DNA from: Nitrospinota bacterium
Lineage (GTDB): Bacteria > Nitrospinota_A > UBA7883
Assembly: GCA_029881335.1 (NCBI GenBank)
Contig: JAOUMU010000004.1
Coordinates: 1 to 59,056, forward strand
Reading direction: 5' to 3'
Length of the DNA stretch: 59,056 nucleotides
Part shown: in pieces, positions 39,396-49,070 of the stretch
Position numbering within the stretch: position 1 is the first letter of the stretch
Layout of the letters: each line of letters starts with the position of its first letter
Program-made: the position numbers and the translations under genes
The notes under the pieces: model-generated
The model's database searches: none
The model's input: only the letters and a program-made list of their open reading frames with translations
Told to the model about the DNA's origin: nothing

Positions 39396-40330
39396 TCCGG
39401 GCCGCCGTTTTTGCGATTTGCCTTCCCCTGGCGATGTTGGCGCTGGCATTGCTGGCCCTCTACGCGATCAGGTGGTATGACCTGTCGATAAGAGGTTTCG
39501 ATCCCCTCCGCCCCTGGACCGGTTGGCTAAGCGGGCATTTCGGGCGTCCAGTCCGAACCTTTGTGGCGGAGTTTCTCTATTGTATGGTAAACGCGTTCTT
39601 TTTGGTCGTGGGGTATGTTATGCGGCTATTCGGCCGGAGGAGCTCCATTCCATCCGGAAAAAACGCAGTCCAGGGGGCGCCTTTGGTAGTCCTGATCCAT
39701 GGGCTGATGAGCACGGGAGCGAACATGTGGATAATGAAGCTTCGACTAAATATGCGTGGAATTAGAAATATCGCTGTGTACGACTACGAGTCGACAAAAG
39801 GAACAGTGGAACTGCAGCGCGACAAGCTGCGCGATTTTTTGGCTACCGCCCACCAGCAGACCGGCGCCGAGGGGGTGGCGTTTATCGCCCACAGCATGGG
39901 GGGGGTGATCGCCCATGACTATGCATGCCAGTATGGCGAGGCGTGGGGGGGGACATTGGCGCTGGTTACCACAGGTTCGCCGATGCGTGGGAGCCGTCTG
40001 GCGGCTTTTGGGCTCTCCGCCGCCGCCAGGGCGCTGCATCCGGAAAATCCATATTTCACCCAACTCGGCGCTCGACGGCCACAGGCCCCCTTTGTCTGCA
40101 TAGGCTCCGTGTACGACGAACTGGTTATTCCGTACACCAATTCCTCCCACCCCCTGGCGGACCGCTTTGAGCTGGTGGATACATGCGGCCACGCTGGCCT
40201 GATATACAACGGCCGAGCCTTTGGCCATGTGATGGAGGCGCTCCGGTCAGCGCTTCCGGACGAGGCCGGCTCGGAGTGCGAGTCCATCGATGGCGGTTTA
40301 CCCGGCCATGCTCAATCTGGGAAAATCTAG
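39392..40330 (+). CDS. Alpha/beta hydrolase (lipase-like) with N-terminal TM helices
   Basis: VLIHGL, AHSMGG nucleophile elbow, TGSPMRGS, DELVIP, CGHAGL. Confidence 0.85.
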   Translation: MIRAAVFAICLPLAMLALALLALYAIRWYDLSIRGFDPLRPWTGWLSGHFGRPVRTFVAEFLYCMVNAFFLVVGYVMRLFGRRSSIPSGKNAVQGAPLVVLIHGLMSTGANMWIMKLRLNMRGIRNIAVYDYESTKGTVELQRDKLRDFLATAHQQTGAEGVAFIAHSMGGVIAHDYACQYGEAWGGTLALVTTGSPMRGSRLAAFGLSAAARALHPENPYFTQLGARRPQAPFVCIGSVYDELVIPYTNSSHPLADRFELVDTCGHAGLIYNGRAFGHVMEALRSALPDEAGSECESIDGGLPGHAQSGKI

Positions 40331-40356
40331 GCAGAGAAATATAAAAGGAACACGCG

Positions 40357-40659
40357 ATGTTTGGAATCGGATTCACAGAAATGATGATCATTCTGGTGGT
40401 GGCCCTGGTGGTGCTGGGCCCTTCGAAGCTGCCGGAGATCGCCAGAAGCCTCGGGAAGGGTTACGCCGAGTTAATACGATCCATGCGGGATGTCCGCGCG
40501 GAAGTGGACAGGGCCTCCATGGGCCTGGATGAAGAGCGAAAAATCTTCCAGAACCCGGCGAAGATGGTGGAAAACATAATGGAAACCACCTTTCCAGAAT
40601 CCAAGAAACCGGAGGAGGGGACAAAACCCAAGGTCGGCGAAAACAGCTCCAAGAGCTGA
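40357..40659 (+). CDS. tatB: Twin-arginine translocase TatA/TatB family subunit
   Basis: MFGIGFTEMMIILVVALVVLGPSKLPEIARSLGKG. Confidence 0.85.
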   Translation: MFGIGFTEMMIILVVALVVLGPSKLPEIARSLGKGYAELIRSMRDVRAEVDRASMGLDEERKIFQNPAKMVENIMETTFPESKKPEEGTKPKVGENSSKS

Positions 40660-40768
40660 TGACTGACATGATGTCCTGAATCTTTTTCCCAACCTTTTAA
40701 TCGTATGTTTAAGGGGAGAGCGAAGATCCTGTGGCGTGGGCCTCTGCGGCGCGCAAGAGAAACATTAC

Positions 40769-41233
40769 ATGGTTACGGATATGGGCGAGGAAAGTACATC
40801 GGCAGACGTGGAGGCGCCGGAAGAACCGGGCCGGAGCCGGGCCATTCTGGTGGTGGGAACCGAAGAGGGCTTCTCCAGCATGCTGGTGGATTATGCGCTT
40901 GGGCTGGCTGGAAGGATGGGGTATTCGATAGTCGCCCTGAACCTGCTGGAGGCGGATAAAAGGGAGATGCGCCGGTACCATGGCGAGACAGGTAAGAGGG
41001 AGCTGGAAACCATGCAAAAGATGGCCCAGGCCGCCGCGGAGGATTTCGGGGGCAAGGCGTGGGCTCGTAAAGTGGCTTTCAAGAGCGAATGGACCATGGG
41101 TGAGCTGGACAAGTGCGCCCAGGATATTCTTGCGCGGGAAGGTAACATAGAACTGGCGCTGACCGAGCCGGAATATTTTGGCGATAGTGATGGGGAATAT
41201 AAGTCGATCCCAACTTTCATGTATTCCGAATAA
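40769..41233 (+). CDS. Hypothetical protein, universal-stress-protein-like fold
   Basis: ILVVG...VDYALGLAGRMGYSIVALN pattern; directly upstream of the SLC13 permease. Confidence 0.55.
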   Translation: MVTDMGEESTSADVEAPEEPGRSRAILVVGTEEGFSSMLVDYALGLAGRMGYSIVALNLLEADKREMRRYHGETGKRELETMQKMAQAAAEDFGGKAWARKVAFKSEWTMGELDKCAQDILAREGNIELALTEPEYFGDSDGEYKSIPTFMYSE

Positions 41234-41291
41234 TCCAGGCGCTGGACCTGATAATGAACCAACCGGAAAAACGCGTTATATAAAGGCCTGG

Positions 41292-43124
41292 ATGGAACCT
41301 ATAGCCCTGACACCCCAGATGCTGACGGTGCTAGTCGTGATCGCCGTAGCCATATTACTATTTGTCACCGAACTGGTCCGCGTGGATGTGGTGGCTATAT
41401 TGATCATGGTAATTCTGCCAATCCTGGGGCTCGTGGGCCCAATGGAAGCCTTCTCCGGCCTCTCGTCAAACGCGGTGATATCGATTATTGCGGTGATAAT
41501 CCTGGGCTCCGGGCTGGACAAAACCGGCGTAATGAACAAGGTGGCGGCGCCGATAGTCCGCTTCACCGGGGGCAGCTACTCCAGGGCGGTGGTGGGGATA
41601 AGCGGCACGGTGGGAATAATATCCAGCTTCATGCAGAACATCGGCGCCGCGGCTCTCTTTCTACCCGCCACCATGCGGGTGAGTCGGCAGATCAACGTTC
41701 CCCTTTCAAGGCTTCTGATGCCGATGGGATTCAGCGCCATCCTGGGCGGCACGGTGACTTTGGTTGGTTCCAGCCCCCTGATACTGCTCAACGACCTGTT
41801 GCCGCCGGGGACAGAGCATTTCGGCCTTTTTTCCGTCACTCCCATAGGACTCATGCTGCTGATTTCCGGGCTCCTGTATTTCGCGCTGCTTGGCAGGTAT
41901 ATCCTGCCAGAGAAGAAAGGCGCCGCAGGCGAGCAACGCGCCGGAGGATTGAGAATCCTTAAAGATTACGGGGTGACACAGAAGGTCATGGAGCTGACCG
42001 TGCCGGAGGATTTCAAGGACAGCGGTAAAACCCTCGAGGATCTGGCGCTGAGAAAAGCCTTTCTGGTAACAGTGATCGGAAGAGCCAGGAGCGATGGTTC
42101 GGAAAAAGTGATCTCCCCTTTGCGGACTCACCGGGTTCTGGCGGGAGATGTCTTGGTGGTGATAGGGCGCCTGGACAACATAAAGAAAATGAGCGATTAC
42201 TTTGGGTTCATGATCCTGCCGGAAATGGTCGTTTTCCGCGAGGATATGGCCTCAGACACCGCCGGGCTGCTGGAGGCTGTGGTGGCGCCGGATTCGCCCC
42301 TTAACTGCTCCACTTTGCGAAAAGAGGGATTGTTGCAGCAGTTCGGAATTATGCCCGTGGCACTCTACCGCGAGGGAAAGGTTTTTGTGGCGGGGATCAT
42401 GGACATCCCTCTCAAACAGGGGGATACTTTGCTGCTCCACGGCTTGTGGGAAAGCTTTTCCAGGATGAGAAAATCGCCGGATCTTCTCTTCGCCGGGCCG
42501 GCGGAATATGAGGTGTTCCGCAAGGATAAAGCCAAGGCCGCCCTGTTCGCGTTCGGATTGACCATGGCCATGGTGGCCGGCATGGACGTGTTCGATTTGA
42601 AATTGTCGCTTTCCAACTGCCTGATGACCGGCGCCCTGACCATGGTGCTGCTGAAAGTTATTTCCATAGACGAGGCCTATAAAAGCGTGGATTGGCGCAC
42701 AGTGTTTCTCTTGGGCGGGTTGATCCCCCTGGGTGTGGCCACAGAAAAGAGCGGGACCGCAGCCTACATCGCCCAGCACATTTTAGTTCTTTTGGGGCAG
42801 GTCTCCCCAATCACCCTTCTGCTGGTGATCGCGGTTCTTACCACTGGGTTCACCTTGGTGATATCCAACGTGGGGGCTACCGTGTTGCTGGCCCCGCTAG
42901 TGTGGAACATGGCCCTGGGCGCCGGCGCAGACCCGAGGCTGGCCGTGCTGGTGGTGGGGTTGGCCGCGTCGAACTCTTTTATTCTCCCCACCCACCAGGT
43001 GAACGCCTTGTTGATGGGGCCTGGAGGATACCGCACAGTTGACTACATCAGAGCCGGTGGCGTTATGACGGTCATTTTCATCGCGGTGACCATATTCGGG
43101 ATATGGGCTTTTCACGGTATATAA
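41292..43124 (+). CDS. SLC13/DASS family permease with TrkA-C (RCK-C) domains
   Basis: RVDVVA, SSFMQNIGAAA, LGGTVTLVGSS, central soluble region, PTHQVNALLMGPGGY. Confidence 0.9.
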   Translation: MEPIALTPQMLTVLVVIAVAILLFVTELVRVDVVAILIMVILPILGLVGPMEAFSGLSSNAVISIIAVIILGSGLDKTGVMNKVAAPIVRFTGGSYSRAVVGISGTVGIISSFMQNIGAAALFLPATMRVSRQINVPLSRLLMPMGFSAILGGTVTLVGSSPLILLNDLLPPGTEHFGLFSVTPIGLMLLISGLLYFALLGRYILPEKKGAAGEQRAGGLRILKDYGVTQKVMELTVPEDFKDSGKTLEDLALRKAFLVTVIGRARSDGSEKVISPLRTHRVLAGDVLVVIGRLDNIKKMSDYFGFMILPEMVVFREDMASDTAGLLEAVVAPDSPLNCSTLRKEGLLQQFGIMPVALYREGKVFVAGIMDIPLKQGDTLLLHGLWESFSRMRKSPDLLFAGPAEYEVFRKDKAKAALFAFGLTMAMVAGMDVFDLKLSLSNCLMTGALTMVLLKVISIDEAYKSVDWRTVFLLGGLIPLGVATEKSGTAAYIAQHILVLLGQVSPITLLLVIAVLTTGFTLVISNVGATVLLAPLVWNMALGAGADPRLAVLVVGLAASNSFILPTHQVNALLMGPGGYRTVDYIRAGGVMTVIFIAVTIFGIWAFHGI

Positions 43125-43210
43125 CCTTTCACTGATCTTTTTCTCCAAATCGCGTAATATATGGGAGCTTTGTGTCAGCGGGCGGATATCGCGCCATTTT
43201 CAGGAAAATA

Positions 43211-44869
43211 ATGAGAATCACTGTTAGAAAAGCCATCGAAAAAGCGTATAAGGAGCTAAACGACCGGGAGGGCTGGGGGGAAGCGGACCCTGGCGCCTTT
43301 GACGTGTCGCCCCCCAGGGAAGAAAAGTTTGGCGACTTCTCCACCAACCTGGCCATGATCCTGGCTGCCAGGCTGAAAAAAAAACCGCGGGACCTGGCCG
43401 AGAAACTGGCCGCCGCCTTTCTGGACGACGACCTGTTCGAGTCGGTGGAGGTGGCCGGTCCTGGATTCATGAATTTCAGGCTCAAACCGGTCCATTGGGC
43501 TCGGGAGCTGTCCCGGGTCAGCGGCGAGGCAGATTCCTTTGGCAGGACGGACCTGGGTCAGGGAGAAAAGGTTATGGTGGAGTTTGTCTCCGCAAACCCC
43601 ACCGGGCCGCTGCATATAGGCCACGGACGCGGCGCCGCCGTGGGTGACGCGCTGGCCAGCATCCTTGCATGGGCGGGATACGATGTCACCCGGGAGTATT
43701 ACACCAACGATGTGGGCCTGCAGATGGACAACCTGGGGCGCTCCACCCTTATGCGAGCCAGGGAGGCGGCCGGGAACCCGATGGAGGAGGAGCCGCCTTA
43801 CAGGGGAGAGTATATGAAGGATGTGGCCAGGGCTTTTATCGAAAAGTATGGCCCGGAAATCCTCTCAGCCCCCGATGATGAGGCCCTGACCGCCGCCAGG
43901 AGGTTTGCTTCGGAGAGTATAATGGAAGGGATCCGGAAGGATCTGGCTGATTTTAATGTCCGGTTCGACGTATGGTATTCGGAAAAAACCCTGCACGATT
44001 CCGGCTCGGTGGATAGCCTGATAGGCCTGCTGCTGGAGAAGGGGCTGATATATGAACAGGAAGGCGCCTTGTGGCTGAAGACCGGGGAGCAGGGGGACGA
44101 GAAGGACCGGGTGGTGCGCCGGGCCAATGGGGTGACCACATACCTGGCGGCGGATATCGCGTATCACAAGACCAAGCTGGACCGGGAATTCAGCACTCTT
44201 GTGAACATATGGGGGGCTGATCACCATGGTTATGTGCCCCGGATGAAGGCTGTGATATCGGCTCTGGGCGGTGATCCGGAAAAGCTTGTGGTGCGGCTGG
44301 TGCAGTTGGTGAGCCTGAAGAAGGGTGGCCAGTCATACGCCATGAGCACCAGGGAAGGAGTGTTCACGACATTGCGGCAGATCATCGACGAGGTGGGGAC
44401 CGACGCTGTGCGATATTTCTTCCTGATGCGTTCCTCCGACAGCCAGATGGAATTCGACGTGGACCTGGCCAAAAGCCAGAGCAGCGAAAACCCGGTGTAC
44501 TACGTCCAGTACGCCCATGCCCGCTGTTGCAGCATTTTCAGGCAGGCCGACGAGAAAGGGGTGGCAGAACCCAGATTCGAGGAGGTGGATCTGTCATTGC
44601 TCACCGGCAGGGACGAGCTGCGGCTGATCCGGAAGCTTCTGCAGCTGCCGGAAGTGGTGGAGTTGGCGGCCAGGAGCTTTCAGCCGCATCACATCACGGG
44701 GTATCTTTACGAAGTGGCTGGGTTGTTCCACTTTTTTTACAAACACAACAGGGTAGTGAGCGAGGACTCGGCTCTCACGGCCTCCAGGATGGCGCTGATC
44801 AGGGCCCTTCAGATCACCTTGAAAAACGGATTGGAGATTCTAGGTATAAACGCGCCGGAAAAGATGTGA
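43211..44869 (+). CDS. argS: Arginine--tRNA ligase
   Basis: FGDFSTN, VEFVSANPTGPLHIGHGR, WGADHHGY, MSTR, YYVQYAHAR. Confidence 0.97.
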   Translation: MRITVRKAIEKAYKELNDREGWGEADPGAFDVSPPREEKFGDFSTNLAMILAARLKKKPRDLAEKLAAAFLDDDLFESVEVAGPGFMNFRLKPVHWARELSRVSGEADSFGRTDLGQGEKVMVEFVSANPTGPLHIGHGRGAAVGDALASILAWAGYDVTREYYTNDVGLQMDNLGRSTLMRAREAAGNPMEEEPPYRGEYMKDVARAFIEKYGPEILSAPDDEALTAARRFASESIMEGIRKDLADFNVRFDVWYSEKTLHDSGSVDSLIGLLLEKGLIYEQEGALWLKTGEQGDEKDRVVRRANGVTTYLAADIAYHKTKLDREFSTLVNIWGADHHGYVPRMKAVISALGGDPEKLVVRLVQLVSLKKGGQSYAMSTREGVFTTLRQIIDEVGTDAVRYFFLMRSSDSQMEFDVDLAKSQSSENPVYYVQYAHARCCSIFRQADEKGVAEPRFEEVDLSLLTGRDELRLIRKLLQLPEVVELAARSFQPHHITGYLYEVAGLFHFFYKHNRVVSEDSALTASRMALIRALQITLKNGLEILGINAPEKM

Positions 44870-44890
44870 TATTATCCAAACGAGAAGGAT

Positions 44891-45514
44891 ATGAAACCTG
44901 AACTTGTCACCATCCAGAAGATTAGGCTGATCCAGCTTGGCGCCGTGGCGTTGGTTGTCTGCGTCCTGTCTTTCATCATCGGCTATTACTATCATGGCTC
45001 CGGGGATGGAGAAACAGAGGCCCCTAGCCGGGTGGAGACCGCAAAAGAGCCCCAGAGGGGGAATGAAGGGCCGATCATAAAGCTTATCGGCCCCGATCCG
45101 GAGAAAAGGGAAGCTGAAATCGGGGAGGACACAGAGGCGCCTGTCACGCGTTTATCACCTCCCCCCCCAAAAAAGGCTTCGGTGCCGCCAAAGCAGCCCG
45201 CCGCCATGAAACCCGCCGTGGAGCCAATAGCGGCGCCCCCGCCCACCCCGGCGCCCAAAGAGCCGAAAGCCTCCACCAACCGCAAATATACAGTTCAGGT
45301 GGCTTCATTCCAGAAGATGGAGGACGCCAACAGGCTGATGGAGTCCCTGAAGAAAAGCAAATACCCCTCCTATATAAAGACCGTGGTGATAAAGGGGAAG
45401 AGATGGAACCGGGTTCGGGTTGGCTCGTATGAATCGATCGAGAAAGCCCGGAAGGTTTCCCTGCAAATAGAGAAGCAAAACAAGCTCAAAACTATGGTGG
45501 TAAGGTATGAGTAG
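44891..45514 (+). CDS. SPOR domain protein (FtsN/DedD-like)
   Basis: Single TM, Pro-rich linker, YTVQVASF...WNRVRVG SPOR domain; follows argS. Confidence 0.88.
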   Translation: MKPELVTIQKIRLIQLGAVALVVCVLSFIIGYYYHGSGDGETEAPSRVETAKEPQRGNEGPIIKLIGPDPEKREAEIGEDTEAPVTRLSPPPPKKASVPPKQPAAMKPAVEPIAAPPPTPAPKEPKASTNRKYTVQVASFQKMEDANRLMESLKKSKYPSYIKTVVIKGKRWNRVRVGSYESIEKARKVSLQIEKQNKLKTMVVRYE

Positions 45515-45520
45515 CGCTTT

Positions 45521-46132
45521 TTACAATATTTGCAGGCTCACCCTGGCGCCATCGAATCCAAGGGCAACCACTGCCTGCTCCCCCAGCTGAAAACGAGCTT
45601 CGGCGGGAGCGCCCGCATATAGTTTCACCATGGTTTCAATGACACCGTAATGGGTGATGACCAGCGCATGGTTATCCTCATTATCCCGGCGCAATGCATC
45701 CATAAAGCTGTCCACTCTTGCCCGCATGTCATCTCCCGATTCACCCCCTGGGTATTTCAATGAAGTCTTGGACTTATGCATGTTTATGATCTCCATAACT
45801 TCCTGTTTCACCGCGCCGGTGTAACTGCCGAAGTCGATTTCCCGCAGTGCTTTGGTGAACGCTGGCGCAGGGAGGCCGGGTAGACGCTCCTGAATGATGG
45901 CCAGGGTGGCGCGCGCGCGGGGAAGGTCACTGCAATAGACGGCGGATATCGGAAAGGCGGCCAGCTTGTCAGCCTTCACCACGCTGGAAAGCCTTCCCTT
46001 CCGGGTCAGCGGGCTGTCCCCCTGTCCCTGAATGGTTCCTTTTTCGTTCGCTTCTGTCTGCCCATGCCGGACCAATAACAGCGTAAACCGCGCTGAGGAA
46101 GGAAGTTGGGTGCGATAAGGAGTGTGTGTCAT
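45521..46132 (-). CDS. Histidine phosphatase family protein
   Basis: LVRHGQT, SDLPRA, LREIDFG, GGES, ITHYG. Confidence 0.9.
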   Translation of the reverse strand: MTHTPYRTQLPSSARFTLLLVRHGQTEANEKGTIQGQGDSPLTRKGRLSSVVKADKLAAFPISAVYCSDLPRARATLAIIQERLPGLPAPAFTKALREIDFGSYTGAVKQEVMEIINMHKSKTSLKYPGGESGDDMRARVDSFMDALRRDNEDNHALVITHYGVIETMVKLYAGAPAEARFQLGEQAVVALGFDGARVSLQIL

Positions 46133-46164
46133 GTAGACTAGTTTAACATGGGAGGAATCAACAA

Positions 46165-46686
46165 ATGATTGATGGTGCGGCTCCGTCGGATAAGCCGATC
46201 CCGCCGGAGAAGTCGGCGCCCTGGTTTAGATATGTTTCCACCAGTGTGGAGAAGACTCTGGCGCTGGCCGAGGCGATAGGCGCATTGTTAAGGTCCGGAG
46301 ACCTGGTGCTACTGATTGGGGAACTGGGGGCGGGGAAAACCACATTCACCCAGGGGCTGTGTCGGGGGGCGGGCATGAACCCCGGTATGGGGGCCCGGTC
46401 CCCCACGTTTACATTGATAAACGAGTATCCAGGCAGGACCCCCATCCGGCACGCGGACCTGTACAGGATCGACTCGCCGGAGGACTTTGACAGCATAGGA
46501 TTGTTCGATGTGGCTTTTGAGGGGATAAGCATAATCGAATGGGCGGACAAGCTCCCGGAGGGGTTGGATCTGGCTCCGGCATTGACAATAAGGCTCCTGG
46601 AGATTTCCCAGAGAGACCGGGAGATAGACATACAATGCGTACAGGAACTGGAAGAGGAGATAAGGCGTAATATAACAACAGAGTAA
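46165..46686 (+). CDS. tsaE: tRNA threonylcarbamoyladenosine biosynthesis ATPase TsaE
   Basis: GELGAGKTT, SPTFTL, HADLYR, IEW. Confidence 0.95.
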   Translation: MIDGAAPSDKPIPPEKSAPWFRYVSTSVEKTLALAEAIGALLRSGDLVLLIGELGAGKTTFTQGLCRGAGMNPGMGARSPTFTLINEYPGRTPIRHADLYRIDSPEDFDSIGLFDVAFEGISIIEWADKLPEGLDLAPALTIRLLEISQRDREIDIQCVQELEEEIRRNITTE

Positions 46687-46723
46687 GGGTTGTTCGGTTA
46701 ATCGTTTACAAACAATAGGCCGT

Positions 46724-46740
46724 ATGGCACACTAATTGCC
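46724..46740 (+). promoter_or_regulatory. Near-consensus sigma54 -24/-12 site overlapping the start of lptC
   Basis: TGGCAC-ACTAA-TTGC at 46725-46739. Confidence 0.65.
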
Positions 46741-46741
46741 T

Positions 46742-47308
46742 ATGTTTGTTTCGTCACCATCATTCCGAATTCTCCTGGCGCTATGCACCGGGGGACTGAT
46801 TGGGGTGATGATATGGTTTGCCGTTGGCAGGAGCGCCGGTCCCTCAATAGAGACTATCGTCAACGTTTTGACGGAAGGGGAGGGGATGGCGATCCAGTGG
46901 GCGGAGCTGCTGGAGAAAAAGGACAACAAGGTTACTCTGCGGATCAAGGCCAAGAAGGCGGTGATATCGGAGGATCGTACCCAGATAAGACTTTCGAACT
47001 TTTCGATGGTGTCGTACGGAGAGGAATCGGAGCGGACGACAATAATCGCCAGGGAGGGCCTGTTGGACAACGAAACCAAAGACGTGACCGCCGAAGGTGG
47101 AGTGCTGGTGATGAGTGATGACGGCAGGGCCATGTACACCGAAAAGTTGCGCTGGTATGAGGGCAAAAAAGCTCTTTCGAGCGATTCGCAAGTGAAGATA
47201 TTCGGGGGCAATTTCGTTATAAAAGGCAAAACGCTGGAAGTGGATACCATCGCCGACAGGGCGCTGATCGGTGGCGGCGTGACAGCGATTTTTAAGAAGA
47301 GCCGATGA
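46742..47308 (+). CDS. lptC: LPS export ABC transporter periplasmic protein LptC
   Basis: N-terminal TM, beta-jellyroll-like strands, YTEKLRW; position before lptA-lptB; start uncertain (46736 or 46742). Confidence 0.82.
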   Translation: MFVSSPSFRILLALCTGGLIGVMIWFAVGRSAGPSIETIVNVLTEGEGMAIQWAELLEKKDNKVTLRIKAKKAVISEDRTQIRLSNFSMVSYGEESERTTIIAREGLLDNETKDVTAEGGVLVMSDDGRAMYTEKLRWYEGKKALSSDSQVKIFGGNFVIKGKTLEVDTIADRALIGGGVTAIFKKSR

Positions 47309-48207
47309 ATTTAATTCAACCGCTGGCTGTGGGGGCGCTGATGGCCGTTTGCCTGGCGGGCCAGGGGTGGGCGGCCAGGATAGATGCGGGGAATTCGTCC
47401 GACGCCAATGCGCCGCTGAAAGTTACTTCCGACCAGATGCTCACCGACAAGAAAAACAGGAAGATCGTATTTTCAGGAGCGGTGGTGGCGGTGAAGGGGC
47501 GGCTGCGGATTAAGACGGACGAGATGACCGTGTGGACCGACGATGAACAGCGCGAGTTCCAGAAGATCGTGGCCCGCGGTTCAGTGCAAATCACCAAGGA
47601 TGACAAGACCGCGACCGGTGAAAATGCCGAGTATTTCAACGAGAACAAAAAGAGCGGCCAGGCGGAGCGAATTGAGATAACGGGGAATGCCCACATGAGG
47701 GACGGCAAAAACAGCGCCTCCGGGAGCAAGGTGATCTACTATTTCAAGACGGAGGATATGAAGTTATCGGGAGACTCCTCCCGGCCTTCCTCCATTACCT
47801 TTTTCCCCGGTGAGGGAGGCGCCATGGCGCCCGCGCCGGAGTCGCCAATGTCGGAGACGCCAGCGCCTGAGACGCCAGCGCCTGAAAAGAAGGTATCGGC
47901 AAAACCGTCCGTGGAAGAATTTCCCGTAGTCATGGGAAGGCCTACGGTGTCCTCTGAAAAGGGAAGCGGTCTCCGCTACATGATCCAGGCGGCTTCCTTT
48001 CCCAACGAAAATGACGCCCAATCAATGGCGGCGAAGCTGCGCAAAAGGGGATTCTCCCCCCAGGTGGTGGAAGCGAGCGTAAAAGGCGCGCCATGGTACA
48101 GGGTGAGGGTGGGTGAGTATCACAGCTACGAGGAAGCCGAAAATGCCGCCGAGAGAATGCGCGAGGAGATGCGTTTGAAGCCGATGATCATCCAGAGCAG
48201 AGATTAG
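47305..48207 (+). CDS. lptA: LptA/OstA domain protein fused to a C-terminal SPOR domain
   Basis: PLKVTSDQM...FSGAVVA...ARGSVQI...TGNAHM OstA pattern, Pro-rich linker, YMIQAASF...[13 protein letters not shown] domain. Confidence 0.85.
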   Translation: MNLIQPLAVGALMAVCLAGQGWAARIDAGNSSDANAPLKVTSDQMLTDKKNRKIVFSGAVVAVKGRLRIKTDEMTVWTDDEQREFQKIVARGSVQITKDDKTATGENAEYFNENKKSGQAERIEITGNAHMRDGKNSASGSKVIYYFKTEDMKLSGDSSRPSSITFFPGEGGAMAPAPESPMSETPAPETPAPEKKVSAKPSVEEFPVVMGRPTVSSEKGSGLRYMIQAASFPNENDAQSMAAKLRKRGFSPQVVEASVKGAPWYRVRVGEYHSYEEAENAAERMREEMRLKPMIIQSRD

Positions 48208-48223
48208 GAGAATCAAAGGTACG

Positions 48224-49033
48224 ATGGCAGGGAAGTCGATGGAAAAGAGGGCCGCCAGTGTACAAGGTGTCGTGGAGCCCCATGGACCGAAAGGGGCGCA
48301 GGTCACAGAAAAAATCCTTACATCGGAGAATCTGTTCAAATCATACAGGAACAGGAATGTGGTCAATGGTGTGTCGCTTTCCATGACCAACCGGGAGGTC
48401 GTGGGGCTTTTGGGCCCCAATGGAGCGGGGAAAACAACCACTTTTTACATGATCGTGGGTTTGACGCGATGCGATTCAGGGAAGGTGTATTATTGTGGCG
48501 AGGACGTGACCTACTATCCCATGTATAAAAGGGCTAGGATAGGGATAGGATATCTGCCGCAGGAGCCTTCTGTTTTCAGAAAACTGACGGTGTTCCAGAA
48601 CATATACGCCATCATGGAGACTCTTCCATACACCAGGTTTGAGCGGGTGCGCCGAACCGAGGAGCTTATGGAGGATTTCGGGATCAGCCATCTTTCCTCC
48701 GAGAGGGCGGTATCGCTCTCCGGCGGAGAGCGGCGAAGGCTGGAGATAGCCCGGGCGCTCTGCGCGAATCCATCGTTCATCCTGCTGGACGAGCCTTTCG
48801 CGGGGATAGACCCGATCGCCGTTGGGGATATCCAGAAAATAGTGTTGAAACTAAAAGAGATGGGTATAGGTGTGTTAATTACCGATCATAACGTGAGATA
48901 CACTCTGGGGATAACAGACAGGGCTTATATTATAAACGAGGGGAGTGTGCTGGAGGAGGGCACACCGGAGGAGATAGCCTCTTCGGATAGAGCCAGAAAA
49001 ATATATTTGGGAGAGGATTTTTCGCTAGAATAG
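48224..49033 (+). CDS. lptB: LPS export ABC transporter ATP-binding protein LptB
   Basis: [52 protein letters not shown]. Confidence 0.96.
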   Translation: MAGKSMEKRAASVQGVVEPHGPKGAQVTEKILTSENLFKSYRNRNVVNGVSLSMTNREVVGLLGPNGAGKTTTFYMIVGLTRCDSGKVYYCGEDVTYYPMYKRARIGIGYLPQEPSVFRKLTVFQNIYAIMETLPYTRFERVRRTEELMEDFGISHLSSERAVSLSGGERRRLEIARALCANPSFILLDEPFAGIDPIAVGDIQKIVLKLKEMGIGVLITDHNVRYTLGITDRAYIINEGSVLEEGTPEEIASSDRARKIYLGEDFSLE

Positions 49034-49070
49034 GACTTTGTAAGGAAACGATAGCGAGAACCGGGAATAT

